A stretch of 64,000 bases of DNA, from NCBI GenBank assembly GCA_002811645.1, contig PDIP01000001.1:1-64000 (forward strand). Reading direction: 5' to 3'. A program made the translations under genes and the position numbers. The notes beneath the pieces are model-generated. The model did not search any database and was not told the DNA's origin. It saw nothing but the letters and a program-made list of their open reading frames with translations. This document shows positions 62,167 to 64,000 of this stretch, in pieces (the first letter of the stretch is position 1; every line of letters starts with the position of its first letter). The stretch is from Corallochytrium limacisporum Hawaii. Lineage: Eukaryota; Protista; Pluriformea.

Positions 62167-63064
62167 ATGAGGTACTTCAAGATGTTAAAAATGTTTGTAC
62201 CCAACTATGGTCCCGAATCCGAAGACCTATGGTTGGGTGATGTGGACTATGGATGTATCGTTCGATAGCACGACATGGTGTTTCGTCCATGCCAGCATAT
62301 TTGTAGGCAGTCTGTACGTGACTGCTAGGGGTCAAGGAGAGTCGCGGAATAGCATCAATGTGATCCGACGGCGATCTGTTGCCGTGCTCGTGTCATGCGG
62401 AATATCATTTGCCATTATGGCCTACACAATTGACCAAGGTAGCATGAGACAGACGGCCAAGGACGCCGGTTTTCTCACCGCAGATCCTTGGAGGCTTGCT
62501 CTCCCTCTGCTATGGTTCACGGCCTTGTTCCTGGGGCCCCTTGTCCAATTGATTCTGGACGAGGGCTCTCTCTGGGACAATGCAGACCTACCCAACAATG
62601 AGCAGGAACTATATATCTGCATTCGCAATGTAATCACTGCACCTTTTGCCGAGGAATGGGTGTTTCGGGGGATTATGCTGCACACATTGGTACACGACGG
62701 ATTTGATCTATCTCAAGCATGCTACATTGCGCCATTGTTTTTCGGGTTTGCGCACGTTCATCATGTGTATGAGAAAGTATATGTGGACAAGACAACTTGG
62801 CATCAGGCTCTGGCTGGTGCATTTGTGCAGTTTGCGTACACGTTCCTGTTCGGTTGGATCTGCAGCCATGTCTATATTGCCACCCATTCTTTCTGGGCCT
62901 GCTTCTTGGCCCATGCGTTCTGTAATTTTATGGGGCTTCCGGACTTTGGTTCCGTCCCACAGCATAAACATCGCCTTTTGGTTATTCCTGCGTACGTTAC
63001 TGGGCTCGCGGTGGCAGTCGGGACATGGAATGATGTCATGAACCCGGGCACGTACACCAGTTGA
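62167..63064 (+). CDS. RCE1: CAAX prenyl protease 2; predicted join(62167..62171,62269..63064)
   Basis: FVGSLYV, RNVITAPFAEEWVFRG, PLFFGFAHVHH, QFAYTFLFGW, HAFCNFMGLP. Removing G|GTACTT..ATAG (62172-62268) joins ATG-AG to C-ACG in frame (MSTTWCF..). Unspliced alternative starts are 62207, 62240 and 62249. Confidence 0.9.
62172..62268 (+). other. Predicted phase-2 intron in codon 2 of RCE1 (97 nt)
   Basis: ATGAG|GTACTT..CGATAG|CACG; splicing restores the RCE1 frame. Confidence 0.55.
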
Positions 63065-63171
63065 TAGGGCAGATTGCATTGCGGTCATTAGGGATTCATT
63101 TAGCACAGCCAATATGTAAAGAAACTTCAATTCAAAACTGTGACCTCCACGCCTCGGCAACGTTTTCCTCT

Positions 63172-63572
63172 ATGCCTGCGCGTGCAGTCTGATGGATATC
63201 ATGACATCCATAAGTTGCCACACTGGCTGGATGTCCGGCACTACTGCACCACTCAACAGCACCCTCCATTGCTGCGGTAGTTGCTAATGTACGGATCGGA
63301 CTGTGCAGACAGTTCTCGGACAGCACACTTTGTTCTTCGACTTGGAAGTAAACAAGACTGAGCCGATTTGCGTACAGCCCGTTGTCAAGCGAGCAAAGCC
63401 TAACCATGTTTCGTTCAACGTTGCAGATCCCATTATTCTGGTCGGAGATGATCACGGAGCTGTCAGCTCACTGAAGTTGAGCCCGAATCTTCGCAGAGAT
63501 TGGACGAAGGCTGGGGACAAGGAAGCAAACATTGAGCGGTTCCAGCCTTTCCTGGATGCTCTGAATCTCTAA
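63172..63572 (+). pseudogene. DNAI1: 3' remnant of axonemal outer-arm dynein intermediate chain DNAI1 (IC78-like)
   Basis: [49 protein letters not shown] matches the DNAI1 C-terminus. The upstream block MPARAV*WIS*HP*V has stops at 63190, 63202 and 63211 and is in a different frame. The 5' part of the gene is absent. Confidence 0.85.
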
Positions 63573-63703
63573 AGAAGACTCTTGACTAATGGCTTCTTGA
63601 AATAAATGATGAGACTATACAAATCAAGTGCAAAAGCTGGAAGTTCCTTCCTACAGAAATATCTAGCTAATGTGTAACCGGTAACATTCTAATTCAAACT
63701 TGG

Positions 63704-64000
63704 TCAACCTTTCTGGTTCAGGGGTGGCATTCGTGCACCGTGATATGTTACAAACCGCTTTGTCTTCCTCTGTAACATATAGAATTGGTACAAATTTTCG
63801 TTGGCTCTGTTGTAAATCCGCTTGCTGTTTTCGTGATCCTGGTTGATACGAGCCCGTCGAGGCGTCACATAGAATTTCTTGAAACGAAGTCGCTCCAAGA
63901 CTTTCTCTTCTCCCAGTTTCTGCATAGACTGACGAATAGTTCCTGTAACTCGAGAGCCCATTGCCCCTGGAACAATGAATGTCCTGCTCATCCACTGGGG
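63704..64000 (-). CDS. MRPS21: Mitochondrial ribosomal protein bS21m; frame open to window edge
   Basis: SRTFIV..EKVLERLRFKKFYVTPRRARINQDHENSKRIYN resembles MRPS21 (RRYYEKP.RRR.R..YE..RRIYN). No stop between ATG 63991 and the window end. Confidence 0.72.
   Translation of the reverse strand, partial: PQWMSRTFIVPGAMGSRVTGTIRQSMQKLGEEKVLERLRFKKFYVTPRRARINQDHENSKRIYNRANENLYQFYMLQRKTKRFVTYHGARMPPLNQKG

Overview
Gene-dense eukaryotic nuclear DNA with 24 protein-coding genes, four assembly gaps and no recognisable tRNA, rRNA, transposon or CRISPR array. Genes in order: IDH2, sortilin/VPS10, AMFR/gp78, TSPO, EDC4, OXA1, NOC2, a degenerate RluA-family enzyme, a hypothetical protein, transaldolase, an L-domain receptor tyrosine kinase, an RA-RasGEF, FHIP/FAM160, a ClC-1/2-type channel, Kv-beta, ArsJ, a TTL-family ligase, WBP2, LARP4, NDUFA12, CC2D1/Lgd, LAMTOR4, RCE1 and MRPS21 (5'-truncated). 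A true tyrosine kinase plus CC2D1, WBP2 and LAMTOR4 in uninterrupted ORFs suggests an intron-poor unicellular holozoan such as Corallochytrium; this is inference only. The main unexplained structure is a repeated gene architecture. A C-tract to G-tract skew switch marks the putative promoter. It is followed by one short (mostly 73-97 nt) GT..AG element ending 1-34 nt before the ATG, often with the unusual donor G|GTACTT, and then by an intron-free CDS. So nearly every 'intronless' gene may carry one hidden 5'-leader intron. Other highlights are a decayed fragment of the flagellar dynein gene DNAI1, a bacterial-type arsenic efflux gene arsJ, an orphan promoter and intron leading into a broken ORF, and SPAK/OSR1-type docking motifs in the CLC channel. 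All gene identities come from motif recognition by eye; no searches were run.
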